Positions 1 to 9,143 of a stretch of 51,534 nucleotides of DNA are shown piece by piece. This stretch comes from Candidatus Micrarchaeia archaeon (GTDB lineage: Archaea > Micrarchaeota > Micrarchaeia > Anstonellales > Bilamarchaeaceae). Both the position numbers and the translations under genes were made by a program. The notes under the pieces are model-generated. The model was not told the origin of the DNA and searched no databases. It worked only from the letters and a program-made list of their open reading frames with translations. The number at the start of each line of letters is the position of its first letter. Position 1 is the stretch's first letter. The stretch covers positions 1-51,534 of the forward strand of contig JBNLBN010000004.1 in NCBI GenBank assembly GCA_050303335.1. Direction: 5' to 3'.

Positions 1-65
1 TTTTTGCTTAAAAAATGTACTCATGCATACTAATTTGTGAAAAAAATGTGTGAAGGGTACGGTGA

Positions 66-377
66 ATGCTCAATATGATGTGCAGCTTGTGTAAAAATGA
101 CAAGAATTGCGTTCCGCTCGACCGCGACGACATTGTATTTGGTCTTTATTTAAAAATCAGAGGATCGAAGAATGAGGTTGGAATCTGCGCAGACTGTATG
201 GAAAATTACCACAAAATGCAGAAGGAACATCAGAAGAATATCATTCAGTATGGTATTGCCGGAATCGTGATAATGTTCGTATACCTTGTTCTTACTGGAA
301 ATACCATGTTCGCCTTCTTTTTCGGGCTGCTTGCTGCATTCGGATCGGTTGCAAGCTATTGCCCGCCGCTTAAATGA
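66..377 (+). CDS. Hypothetical membrane protein with N-terminal Zn-finger-like CxxC...CxxC and two C-terminal TM helices
   Basis: CSLC and CADC motifs, then two hydrophobic segments; GGTGA directly upstream; true start may be 75/78. Confidence 0.7.
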   Translation: MLNMMCSLCKNDKNCVPLDRDDIVFGLYLKIRGSKNEVGICADCMENYHKMQKEHQKNIIQYGIAGIVIMFVYLVLTGNTMFAFFFGLLAAFGSVASYCPPLK

Positions 378-1228
378 CTCATCTTGTCTATTTTCGGGCG
401 GATTACCAGCATGCAGTATGGCTGGTTGGGATTGTTCTTGTAGTAGTCCTTGTGGTAGTCCTCGGCATCGTAGAATCTCCCCAGCTTTTTTACTTCCGTA
501 ACAATGGGCTTGTCGAATTGGTCCTGGAGCTCCCGTATGAAATTTTCAGAGAAATCCCTCTGTTCGTCATCGGAATAGAGTATGATTGAGCGGTATTGGG
601 ATCCTACGTCGTTTCCCTGCCTGTTGGGGGTGGTGGGATCATGAACCTTGAAAAAGGCCTCAAGAATTTTTCCGAGGGTGAGTTTTTTCTTGTCGTATAC
701 GAGCTTTACAACTTCGGCATGTCCGGTCTCGCCGCTGCAGACCTGCTTGTAAGTGGGATCTGGGGTTGTACCTCCAGCATATCCGGGCATTACGAAAAGC
801 ATTCCTGGAAGCATGGATAGCGTGGCCTCTGTGCACCAGAAACAGCCCCCTCCGAGAACGATCGATCCCAGCTTGTCCTTGGGAATGAACTCCATTGATA
901 TGGAATTCACGCAATGCCTGATGTTCTTATCTGTCAGGTGTTCCCCTTCGAAGACGTGCCCGAGATGGCCACCGCATTTGGAGCATTGGATCTCAGTGCG
1001 CATTCCGTCCGGATCTGGAATCCTCTTTATTGCCCCCTTGACCTCATCATCAAAACTAGGCCAGCCGCAGGTGGACTTGAACTTCGACGAGGATTCATAT
1101 AGCGCCGCTCCGCACTGTCTGCAGACATAGATTCCTTCCTCGAAATGTTCGTTGTACTTTCCTGAAAAGGGCCTTTCGGTCCCCTTATCTATGATCACGT
1201 CTTTTTCCTCAGGGGTAAGTTGATTCAT
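356..1228 (-). CDS. msrAB: Bifunctional methionine sulfoxide reductase, MsrB-MsrA fusion
   Basis: N-terminal MsrB motifs (GTERPFSG, CGWPSF, HLGHVF, RHCVNS); C-terminal MsrA motifs (GGCFWC, GHAEVV, GSQYRS, AEDYH). Confidence 0.96.
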   Translation of the reverse strand: MNQLTPEEKDVIIDKGTERPFSGKYNEHFEEGIYVCRQCGAALYESSSKFKSTCGWPSFDDEVKGAIKRIPDPDGMRTEIQCSKCGGHLGHVFEGEHLTDKNIRHCVNSISMEFIPKDKLGSIVLGGGCFWCTEATLSMLPGMLFVMPGYAGGTTPDPTYKQVCSGETGHAEVVKLVYDKKKLTLGKILEAFFKVHDPTTPNRQGNDVGSQYRSIILYSDDEQRDFSENFIRELQDQFDKPIVTEVKKLGRFYDAEDYHKDYYKNNPNQPYCMLVIRPKIDKMSHLSGGQ

Positions 1229-1294
1229 GCTAACATTTGAATCCGAAAATAAATATATCCACCGATTTTAAGTTATTGGTTTCAAAGCTATAGT

Positions 1295-2014
1295 ATGATC
1301 CCCGAGCTGGTTATCGGCCTAGTAGCAGGCTGCCTTGCCGGGCTTTTCGGAATCGGAGGCGGAATGCTGCTTATCCCTACGTTCCGTTTTTTCGGACTTG
1401 GAGCGCACGAGGCCATTGCAACGGCCCTTCCTGTGACAATACCGACTTCGCTTTTCGGTGCGATTGTGATGAGGAAGAGGGTGAAGCTGAAGACGGCTGT
1501 GGCTGCGGGAGCAGTAGGATCAATGTTTTCTGCTGTTGGCGCATATTCGACGACTTTTGTCGGGGATAGTTTCCTGATGTTTGGGGTTGCCTCCATTTTC
1601 CTTTTGTTCGCCCTTCTGACACTGAGGCACAGGCATGATGAGGATTCCGAGGATAATGAGAAGATAAGGAGGACATTTTTCATAGGAACCGTAGGGGGAT
1701 TCATCTCCGGGTTTTTCGGAATTGGCGGCGGAGCCATTCTTGTTCCTCTTCTGATGAAGTTCAGGAAGACAGAGATCGACAGGGCGGTCCCCACTTCCCT
1801 GGCAATCATATCGATTTATTCGATCGTGGGGTCAGTAGCGCATTTTTCGCTTGGAAACATCGTTGTAGAAACGCTTGTCCCGGTGATAGCAGGTTCACTT
1901 GTAGGCATGTTTATTGTGTCAAGAATCAAGATCCACCCTGAACTGCGAAAGAATGCATTTATTGTGTTCATGGTGCTGATGGCAGCGGTCATAATTGTAC
2001 GCGAGATCATTTGA
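1295..2014 (+). CDS. Sulfite exporter TauE/SafE family permease
   Basis: Duplicated GxFGIGGG motif, about 8 TM helices. Confidence 0.9.
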   Translation: MIPELVIGLVAGCLAGLFGIGGGMLLIPTFRFFGLGAHEAIATALPVTIPTSLFGAIVMRKRVKLKTAVAAGAVGSMFSAVGAYSTTFVGDSFLMFGVASIFLLFALLTLRHRHDEDSEDNEKIRRTFFIGTVGGFISGFFGIGGGAILVPLLMKFRKTEIDRAVPTSLAIISIYSIVGSVAHFSLGNIVVETLVPVIAGSLVGMFIVSRIKIHPELRKNAFIVFMVLMAAVIIVREII

Positions 2015-2627
2015 GTATCTGTCCTGTTTCCATATACCAGAGATAAAGGTCCAGCTCGCCCTGCGACATGTTAAGCTTAGTTGAGAGTTTTGAGAGCACG
2101 CCTTCTGCCTGGAAATATTTTTTCGGAGTCATTGATTTCGGACGCTCTATCAGGCCATATCTGGAAAGGATGTCGATTATGTGGAAATCCACAATGGCAA
2201 AATCGAATATTCCGACATTCCTGAGGAAATGGCTCGCTTCCTTGATCCCTATTCCTGGGATATTATTCACAAAAAATGAGCGGAGCTCCTCCCCTTTCAG
2301 TTTCCTTATCACCTTTGGAATCGCTTCCTTGAATCTTCGGGACCGTACTATGTAGCCAGCCCTCACGTTCGGGAAGCGGTACTTGTTTTTTCGCAGTTCC
2401 AGAGCAAGCTGCCCCTCATCAAGATCTATGAATCCCCTCCCTATCGCCTTTTGTATCTTCCATGACTTTTCGCTTGTGAAATTTGCAGCCAAAATGCAAA
2501 AGCATAGTTCTGAAAAAAGCTGATCCTCGTCCTTGTAAGAACGGAACTCCGACAGCCTTTTCCGGACCATTTCAGAAATCGGAGAGGCCTCCAGCTTCCG
2601 GACCTCCAGGATCAGTGCCCTTTCCAT
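2007..2627 (-). CDS. ogg: 8-oxoguanine DNA glycosylase/AP lyase (archaeal Ogg)
   Basis: ELCFCILAAN, RFPNVRA, GIGIKEASHFLRNVG, AIVDFHI, LDLYLWY motifs. Confidence 0.93.
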   Translation of the reverse strand: MERALILEVRKLEASPISEMVRKRLSEFRSYKDEDQLFSELCFCILAANFTSEKSWKIQKAIGRGFIDLDEGQLALELRKNKYRFPNVRAGYIVRSRRFKEAIPKVIRKLKGEELRSFFVNNIPGIGIKEASHFLRNVGIFDFAIVDFHIIDILSRYGLIERPKSMTPKKYFQAEGVLSKLSTKLNMSQGELDLYLWYMETGQILK

Positions 2628-3145
2628 AGGACTTCGTTTACTTTTTTCTTGTAGTTTACATACCTTGCCTGGACAAAAAGCAGGTCCCCAACCCGGTTCA
2701 GGTAGGTCATGACATCAGGGTTGACCTTTTCCTTTGTTGAGAGCTCGACGACTTTCCTCTCGGCCCGCCTGCAAATGGTCCTTGCAAGATGAAGGAGGGA
2801 TGCCGTCTTGCTTCCCCCAGGAAGGATGAAATGGCTGAGAGGTGGAAGCTCAGAACTGAGCCTGTCAATTTCGGACTCGAGTTCGCCGACTCTTGATGGT
2901 GAGATGTTTCTTGATCTTGCATCTGTGGTTGCAAGTTCTGCCCCTATGGTAAAGAGATCCTTCTGGATGTTCTTGAGGGAATCCTCAAGTTCAGAAATTT
3001 CAGAAAATGAGAGAACGATCCCCAAGACCGCGTTCAGCTCGTCAATGGATCCGTAAGCATCCACACGGACGTCGCTTTTCGGGACTATGCCCCCACCTAT
3101 TAGCGAGGTCTGTCCCTTGTCCCCGAACTTCGTATATATCCTCAT
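2612..3145 (-). CDS. PduO-type ATP:cob(I)alamin adenosyltransferase
   Basis: IYTKFGDKG, YGSIDELN, FILPGG, ARTICRRAER, YLNRVGD motifs. Confidence 0.93.
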   Translation of the reverse strand: MRIYTKFGDKGQTSLIGGGIVPKSDVRVDAYGSIDELNAVLGIVLSFSEISELEDSLKNIQKDLFTIGAELATTDARSRNISPSRVGELESEIDRLSSELPPLSHFILPGGSKTASLLHLARTICRRAERKVVELSTKEKVNPDVMTYLNRVGDLLFVQARYVNYKKKVNEVLWKGH

Positions 3146-3196
3146 GGGAAAGATAGGGTAAGACTAAATTAAATATTTTATCTCTGGAATACTTGC

Positions 3197-3820
3197 ATGA
3201 CTATATTAGATGATTTCAAACTCCTTGAGAAAAACGGCTTCCAGCTCCTGCCATATGAGGTTGCAGAAAGCGAGGAAAGGGCCCTCGATTGCGCCAAACG
3301 GATAGGCTATCCCGTGGCAATGAAGGTCATATCAAGCGAAATAGAGCATAAAACGGACAAGGGAGGGGTGAGGATAAACATCAAAAACGGAGAATCCCTC
3401 CGGATCGCCTACAAGGAGATGATGCAGAGTACTAAAAAATTCAAAGTTGATGGTGTAATCATCCAGAAGATGGCAAGAAAGGGCGTGGAACTCATCATAG
3501 GTGGGAAGAAGGATCCCCAGTTCGGCCATATGATAGTCCTCGGCCTTGGAGGCATATATGTTGAGATATTCAAGGATGTCAGTGCTAGAATCTGCCCTCT
3601 TGAAAAGGAGGACATCCAGGAGATGATCTCTGAATTGAAGGCCCACCCAATCCTTGACGGGGCGAGGGGAAAGGCTCCGATAAGCAAGAAGGCAATAGAG
3701 GAACTTGCACTGAAGACCAGTAAATTCATGCAGAAGGAGGATATTTTGGAGATGGATCTGAATCCGGTCATTTGCGACCACCGTGGATGCGACATTGTGG
3801 ACGCCAGATTCTCGAGGTGA
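3197..3820 (+). CDS. acdB: ADP-forming acetate-CoA ligase beta subunit (ATP-grasp)
   Basis: GYPVAMK, HKTDKGGV, ELIIG, DPQFG, GLGGIYVE, EMDLNP. Confidence 0.92.
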   Translation: MTILDDFKLLEKNGFQLLPYEVAESEERALDCAKRIGYPVAMKVISSEIEHKTDKGGVRINIKNGESLRIAYKEMMQSTKKFKVDGVIIQKMARKGVELIIGGKKDPQFGHMIVLGLGGIYVEIFKDVSARICPLEKEDIQEMISELKAHPILDGARGKAPISKKAIEELALKTSKFMQKEDILEMDLNPVICDHRGCDIVDARFSR

Positions 3821-3824
3821 GGAA

Positions 3825-5198
3825 ATGAAGAAGATAGTCAAGAACATTGAGTATATCATAAGGCCCCGCTCCGTTGCAGTTGTGGGTGCAAGTGCTACGA
3901 GCAACAAGATAGGAAACATTGTCATGAAGAATTTTGTCGAAGGCAAATTCAGGGGAAAAATATATCCGGTCAACCCAAAATACAAGGAGATACTTGGGCT
4001 CAAGTGCTATCCGGACCTGGATTCCATCCCGGAAAAGGTCGATTGTGCGATAATCGCAACGCCTGCAAAAACCATAATTCCTTTGATGGAACAATCAGTA
4101 AGGAAAGCAAGAAGCATAGTAATGATCACAAGCGGTTTTGAAGAAATCGGTAGAGAGGACATTGCAGAAAAAATCCGCGAGATCGCGATCGAAAACAACA
4201 TCCCCGTCGTAGGCCCTAACTGCCTTGGGGTGTTCAACCCATATTGCAATGTTGACAGCATATTCCTCCCACCATACAAGATGGAGCGCCCAAAACCAGG
4301 AAACATTTCATTCATAACCCAGAGCGGGGCAGTCGGATCGACAGTAATGGACCTTGCCGCTTATTATGGTGTGGGAATTTCAAAATTCATATCATATGGG
4401 AATGCTACCGTTCTTGATGAGAGTGATTATCTTGAATACCTGAACGATGATGACGAAACCGAGATCATATTGATGTATATTGAAGGTACTAGGGATGGGA
4501 GAAGGCTTCTTGACACAATGAAGAAGGTGAACAAAAACAAACCCATAATAGTGCTTAAGGGAGGCAAAGGTGCCGGTGGCCAGAAGGCTGCAAAGTCCCA
4601 CACTGGGAATATTGCAGGATCCTACATGGCATATCATGCTGCATTCAAACAGGCAAAGGTAATAGAAGCTGATGGCTTGTATGAATTATTTGATATAGTA
4701 AAGGTATTCAACCAGCCAAAACCCAAAGGAAACCGGGTGGGAATAATAACCAATGGGGGAGGGATGGGAATAATCACTACAGACCATGTGGAGAAGGAAG
4801 GGCTTGTCCTTGCCGAATTCAATGAAAACACGAAAAAGGAGATTGCAAAGCTCCTGCCATCATATGGTAATGTTGGGAATCCGCTCGATCTTGTAGCTGA
4901 TTCTGGAGTAGATGCATACAGGAAAGCCATAGACATAATGATGAATGCTCCTGAAATAGATATTCTTGTAATTATAGTATTGACGCAAACGCCGCCTATT
5001 GATGAGAGGATAATTCATGTCCTTACAACTGCATCAGATGACCACAGGAAGCCAATTGTCACTATCTCTATAGGAGGAAATTACACAGAAGCATACAGGA
5101 AGATAATAGAAAGCAACGGAGTGCCTTCATATAATTCGCCTTCTGCTGCAATCAAGGCCGTAGAAAGATTTGTCACTTATTCCAGATACAACAAGTAG
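3825..5198 (+). CDS. acdA: ADP-forming acetate-CoA ligase alpha subunit
   Basis: PRSVAVVGAS, GPNCLG, QSGA, SHTG phospho-His, NPLDL; start moved to ATG 3825 after GAGG, 4 nt after the acdB stop. Confidence 0.93.
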   Translation: MKKIVKNIEYIIRPRSVAVVGASATSNKIGNIVMKNFVEGKFRGKIYPVNPKYKEILGLKCYPDLDSIPEKVDCAIIATPAKTIIPLMEQSVRKARSIVMITSGFEEIGREDIAEKIREIAIENNIPVVGPNCLGVFNPYCNVDSIFLPPYKMERPKPGNISFITQSGAVGSTVMDLAAYYGVGISKFISYGNATVLDESDYLEYLNDDDETEIILMYIEGTRDGRRLLDTMKKVNKNKPIIVLKGGKGAGGQKAAKSHTGNIAGSYMAYHAAFKQAKVIEADGLYELFDIVKVFNQPKPKGNRVGIITNGGGMGIITTDHVEKEGLVLAEFNENTKKEIAKLLPSYGNVGNPLDLVADSGVDAYRKAIDIMMNAPEIDILVIIVLTQTPPIDERIIHVLTTASDDHRKPIVTISIGGNYTEAYRKIIESNGVPSYNSPSAAIKAVERFVTYSRYNK

Positions 5199-5207
5199 GG
5201 GGGGTGC

Positions 5208-5219
5208 AATTCCACTATT
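5208..5219 (+). repeat. Left arm of perfect 12-bp inverted repeat (AATTCCACTATT)
   Basis: Exact reverse complement of 5519-5530. Confidence 0.85.
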
Positions 5220-5282
5220 AGTCAGGTGTCTGTTTTTTTAATTTTTTGTATCTATAGTTACATATAATATAATGGTGTTTCT

Positions 5283-5519
5283 TTGGAGATTGTTTATATT
5301 TACGATATTAAGGCAAAGAACAAAAAGAAATTCAACAGAACCAAACGGGTTTTCTACTACCATCTTGCAAAACTTGAACTGGAACCAAGCTCATGGAAAA
5401 CCAAATCAACTATTGCTGTTTCAACAAAAAAAGAGAGGATGATGGACAAGTTTTTCCATCGGTTCGGAAACAACATTGAAGTGTATAAACTCGTAGTGGA
5501 ATCAATAGAGGAGCTGTGA
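5283..5519 (+). CDS. Stand-alone Cas2-like/VapD-like small protein
   Basis: 78 aa; N-terminal beta strand IVYIYDI with the Cas2 catalytic Asp, basic helix, TKS in place of QxS; TTG start preceded by GGTG; no other cas genes in window. Confidence 0.6.
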   Translation: MEIVYIYDIKAKNKKKFNRTKRVFYYHLAKLELEPSSWKTKSTIAVSTKKERMMDKFFHRFGNNIEVYKLVVESIEEL

Positions 5520-5530
5520 ATAGTGGAATT
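5519..5530 (+). repeat. Right arm of perfect 12-bp inverted repeat (AATAGTGGAATT)
   Basis: Exact reverse complement of 5208-5219. Confidence 0.85.
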
Positions 5531-5539
5531 ATAGGGGGT

Positions 5540-7102
5540 CTAGCCTAATTTCAATTCACAGAGGTAAATTTCAAATTCGATACCAAACCTGTCAAGTTTT
5601 TCCTTATTCACTTTCCCCAAAATACCCCTGACATCACCATTGATCAATATTTTTGCGGCCCGATCTTTCTCAAAAACGTCCGAATCCGAATTCTCCAATT
5701 TAAACTCGAAACCGGCTGACCTGGAAAGGGTCTGCAAATACCCTCTGAAATCAGAGAACTGCACTTCCTTGTCCATAATACCAAAAACAATCCTCTTTTC
5801 ACCTTCATTGACTATTCCTATCTCATAATATTTCTGCGGCAGTCCCTTCATCTTGTTATTTGAAAATATTTCTACAATATCAGCAAGCATATTCGGCCTT
5901 ACTACTGTGAATTCTGCATTGTTAGGGTTTGATATCTCAATCAGCTCGCCATCATAACCCATGGCCTTCTCCCTGTTACTCAGTATAAATGTCTTAATCT
6001 CCTGGAATTCCATCCCCCTCATTGCATTGTCGTATTCTTCATAGGTATCTATTTTTGATCCTGCAGAGAAAAAGTCCGGAAGCGTGGTTTCAAAGTTGTT
6101 GTATCCATATGCAATTGCAATATCCTCAATCACATCCACATCGGAAATAATGTCTGCCCTGTAAGGAGGGATTGCCACTTTGCCATCATACCCATAATCC
6201 ATCTTTGAAAGAAGGTGGACCATCTCATTTTCCATGATATTCAGGCCAAGGATCCTGTTGACCTTCCCAAGTTCAAGATCCATTTTCCTTTCCCCAAGTT
6301 CCGGCGTGACTATGCTCTCCTTTTTGTAATTCACAGTGACCTCATAAACGATTCCTCCCATATCGGAGAAAGTGCAGCATAAAATATTCAGCGCAGCCTT
6401 GCAAGCGTTGAGGTCAGTTCCTGTGACTTCAATGAAAATATTTTTCGTATCCAATCCGACCTTTCCGGTTTCTGCTGAGTTCACTACCGGAATTAGGCAC
6501 ATTATCTTCTTTTCATCATCCACAAAAACAGGGTATTTATCCATGTCCCTGATCAGGTGTCCGTACTGGAGCCCTTTCTTGTGTTCTTCCAATATCTCCT
6601 TTGCACTCATTTCCCTGTCATATCCCAAAGGGACGTACCGTATATCCTCCTTTTTCATTGTGGTATACCTGATCGGGAATCTTATGCCCTCAAGAGGATA
6701 AATCCCAAGACCGAACTTCTTGACCTTCCTTCCGAGGGTGGCGTTCAGTTTTTCCTGGAGCAGGACCATGTCCCTGATTCTTTCGTCATTGAAGGCGATC
6801 CCCTTGACCACCGCACAGGCTGTAAACTGCCTTTTTGGTACACTGTCCACATTGACGACATAATCTGATTTTTTTGCTGAGTATTTCGTCTTCCTGCCTT
6901 TGTAGTATGCCTTGAGCGACCTGGCAAGCCCTTCCATGGAATACCAGTCAGGCCTGTTAGGCGTCAGTTCAGCAAGTATCTTCTTTGTCTCTTTTTCATA
7001 TTCAGAAGGAGCTCCGATATTGTTCAATCCATCAACCATCTCGTCCTTGGAAATGTCGACAAGCTTCTTCATCTCTTCAACGGAAAATTCCACAACGACC
7101 AT
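5540..7102 (-). CDS. pheT: Phenylalanine-tRNA ligase beta subunit (archaeal type)
   Basis: PNRPDW, QEKLNATLGR, PPYRADI, DVIEDIAIAYGY. Confidence 0.96.
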   Translation of the reverse strand: MVVVEFSVEEMKKLVDISKDEMVDGLNNIGAPSEYEKETKKILAELTPNRPDWYSMEGLARSLKAYYKGRKTKYSAKKSDYVVNVDSVPKRQFTACAVVKGIAFNDERIRDMVLLQEKLNATLGRKVKKFGLGIYPLEGIRFPIRYTTMKKEDIRYVPLGYDREMSAKEILEEHKKGLQYGHLIRDMDKYPVFVDDEKKIMCLIPVVNSAETGKVGLDTKNIFIEVTGTDLNACKAALNILCCTFSDMGGIVYEVTVNYKKESIVTPELGERKMDLELGKVNRILGLNIMENEMVHLLSKMDYGYDGKVAIPPYRADIISDVDVIEDIAIAYGYNNFETTLPDFFSAGSKIDTYEEYDNAMRGMEFQEIKTFILSNREKAMGYDGELIEISNPNNAEFTVVRPNMLADIVEIFSNNKMKGLPQKYYEIGIVNEGEKRIVFGIMDKEVQFSDFRGYLQTLSRSAGFEFKLENSDSDVFEKDRAAKILINGDVRGILGKVNKEKLDRFGIEFEIYLCELKLG

Positions 7103-8463
7103 TATTTCACCTTTTCGATTTCGGCAAGCCTTTTTACGTATGGTGTCAGATAGCTTTCATCAAGGCACGCCGTGCAGATGGGCACCCCAAGCGCCTTTCC
7201 CAACCCCCCTATTGAAAGGTATTCAAGGCTGTCGGCTTCAAGGTACTCCCTAATCTCATCAGTAGTTTTTTTATTTGCGATCAATTCATTGTACGTTGAC
7301 ATATCGACTCCATAGAAACAAGGAGCCTTTATCGGAGGGCACGTGATCCTGAGATGGACCTCCTTTGCCCCTGCCTTTTTCACAAGGCGGACGATCTCCT
7401 TCAGGGTGGTCCCCCTCACAATGGAATCGTCCACAAGGACAACGGATTTTCCACCAACCACTTCCTTTACCGGATTCAGCTTCAGCTTTACGGCATCCTG
7501 GCGCTTTTCCTGGTCAGGCATGATGAATGTGCGGCCGATATACCTGTTTTTTATCAGGCCCTCTGCCCAGGGTATCCCAAGCGTCTCGGCATAGGATTTT
7601 GCAGCATTTCTCGAACTGTCAGGAACCGGAACGACGACATCTGCCTTGACCGGGTGCTCCTCTGCAAGAACTACCCCAAGATTCCTTCTTGATTCCCAGA
7701 CGCTCTTTCCGTTTATTGCGGAATCCGGTCTCGAAAAATAGACGTATTCAAACATACAGTGTCTTCTCTGCTCAGGTACAAGCTGCTTTCTTTCAACCTT
7801 TTCACCGACAATTACCAGTTCCCCTCCCCTGACATCCCCCAGATACGGTATGTCAAGGACATCCAGTGCCACCGTTTCCGATGCAAAGCATATGAAATCG
7901 TCGTTTTCACCATATACAAATGGCCGAATCCCGAACCTGTCCCTGAAAACCACTATCTTCGGCCCGACAATTGCTGCAATGGAAAATGACCCTTCGAATT
8001 TTTCCATCATTTCCTTGACGGCTTTCTCTATGTTCTTTTCCCTGTCAAGTACGAATCCAACAATCTCCGAATCGACAGTGCTGGTAAAAGTATCTGTAAA
8101 CTCCTTTCTCAGGTCGGAATAGTTTGCAATGTGCCCGTTGTGAGCGGTTGCAATATCCTTGTGTACAATGGGCTGTACGTCACAGTGCATGCAGTCTCCA
8201 TGTGTCGGGTACCTCGTGTGGCCGATTCCTGCAGAGCCCTTTATTTTCAAATCCTCCTTGCTGAATACATTCTCTACAAGGCCGATTCCCTTTCTGCATT
8301 CTATCCTGCCGTTGAACACTGCGAATCCTGCAGCATCCTGGCCCCTGTGCTGAAGTGCGAAGAGTGCCTTGTACAATAATGGCGCGACATCTACCCCTTT
8401 TTTCGAGATCAGTGCTACTACGCCGCATTCTTCCCTTTTTTCAGAACTCATAAGATATTTCAA
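7102..8463 (-). CDS. purF: Amidophosphoribosyltransferase
   Basis: EECGV propeptide junction, LQHRGQ, GHTRY, HNG, CMFEYVYFSRPDS, VDDSIVRGTT; start may be 8451. Confidence 0.97.
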   Translation of the reverse strand: MKYLMSSEKREECGVVALISKKGVDVAPLLYKALFALQHRGQDAAGFAVFNGRIECRKGIGLVENVFSKEDLKIKGSAGIGHTRYPTHGDCMHCDVQPIVHKDIATAHNGHIANYSDLRKEFTDTFTSTVDSEIVGFVLDREKNIEKAVKEMMEKFEGSFSIAAIVGPKIVVFRDRFGIRPFVYGENDDFICFASETVALDVLDIPYLGDVRGGELVIVGEKVERKQLVPEQRRHCMFEYVYFSRPDSAINGKSVWESRRNLGVVLAEEHPVKADVVVPVPDSSRNAAKSYAETLGIPWAEGLIKNRYIGRTFIMPDQEKRQDAVKLKLNPVKEVVGGKSVVLVDDSIVRGTTLKEIVRLVKKAGAKEVHLRITCPPIKAPCFYGVDMSTYNELIANKKTTDEIREYLEADSLEYLSIGGLGKALGVPICTACLDESYLTPYVKRLAEIEKVK

Positions 8464-8503
8464 TATGGTTTGATTTTTATTCTTAAAGGGTCAACTTTAC
8501 TCC

Positions 8504-9103
8504 ATGCCAATGGATCTGGAAAAGCAGGACACCACAGTCACCGAACTCCAGAAGTCCGGATTCAGCAGGGAGCAGGCATTGCAAATAATCTCTATACTCG
8601 GTGATCTGCAAAAGGCTGCCCCGCAGATTCAGGAAAAACTTTTTGCACAGGCGCGCAAGGCAGGGCTTGAAAACGCCGTGAGGTATTTCCATGAAAGATG
8701 GCAGCAGACCGCACCTAAGAAAATGGACCTCTCAAAACTTAGCGATTCCCAAAGGTCAGAGATATTCAAAGAGCAGAGATCCACTGCCCTTTCCGACAGG
8801 GAATTCTTTTCCATGGTTTCGCTGGTAAGGAGGGATTTCTACCAGGGGAAAATAGGCAAGGATCCCGAGGCATCCCTGATACCAGGATCATCCCAGAAGG
8901 GGGACAAGTCATTATACGACAAGATAGGCCGGATGTGCAGCGCATATGAACAGCTTGACCGCAGCGACCCCATGGCTGTCCGCATGTTCCGAGCCCAATA
9001 TGAGCTTTCCCTGGGGGATTTCCTGGACATCTACTGTAACCGGAACAAAGCCGAGATTTCCGAAGTTGCGGACAAAATGGGCTCTGTCCCCGTCAAGATC
9101 TAG
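8504..9103 (+). CDS. Hypothetical helical protein
   Basis: 199-aa ORF filling the gap between purF and thiolase; no motif recognised. Confidence 0.65.
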   Translation: MPMDLEKQDTTVTELQKSGFSREQALQIISILGDLQKAAPQIQEKLFAQARKAGLENAVRYFHERWQQTAPKKMDLSKLSDSQRSEIFKEQRSTALSDREFFSMVSLVRRDFYQGKIGKDPEASLIPGSSQKGDKSLYDKIGRMCSAYEQLDRSDPMAVRMFRAQYELSLGDFLDIYCNRNKAEISEVADKMGSVPVKI

Positions 9104-9143
9104 TTTTATAAAGACCTCCAGGCATAAATTTTTTCGGATATTC

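Noticed and set aside
10-50. Repeated AAAAAATGT near the window start
   Set aside because: Short, low complexity, and upstream context is truncated
3783-3824. N-terminal extension of acdA
   Set aside because: Overlaps acdB; ATG 3825 has an SD and matches the family start
8946-9143. N-terminal extension of the thiolase ORF in the track
   Set aside because: Overlaps the upstream gene; thiolase homology starts at ATG 9144
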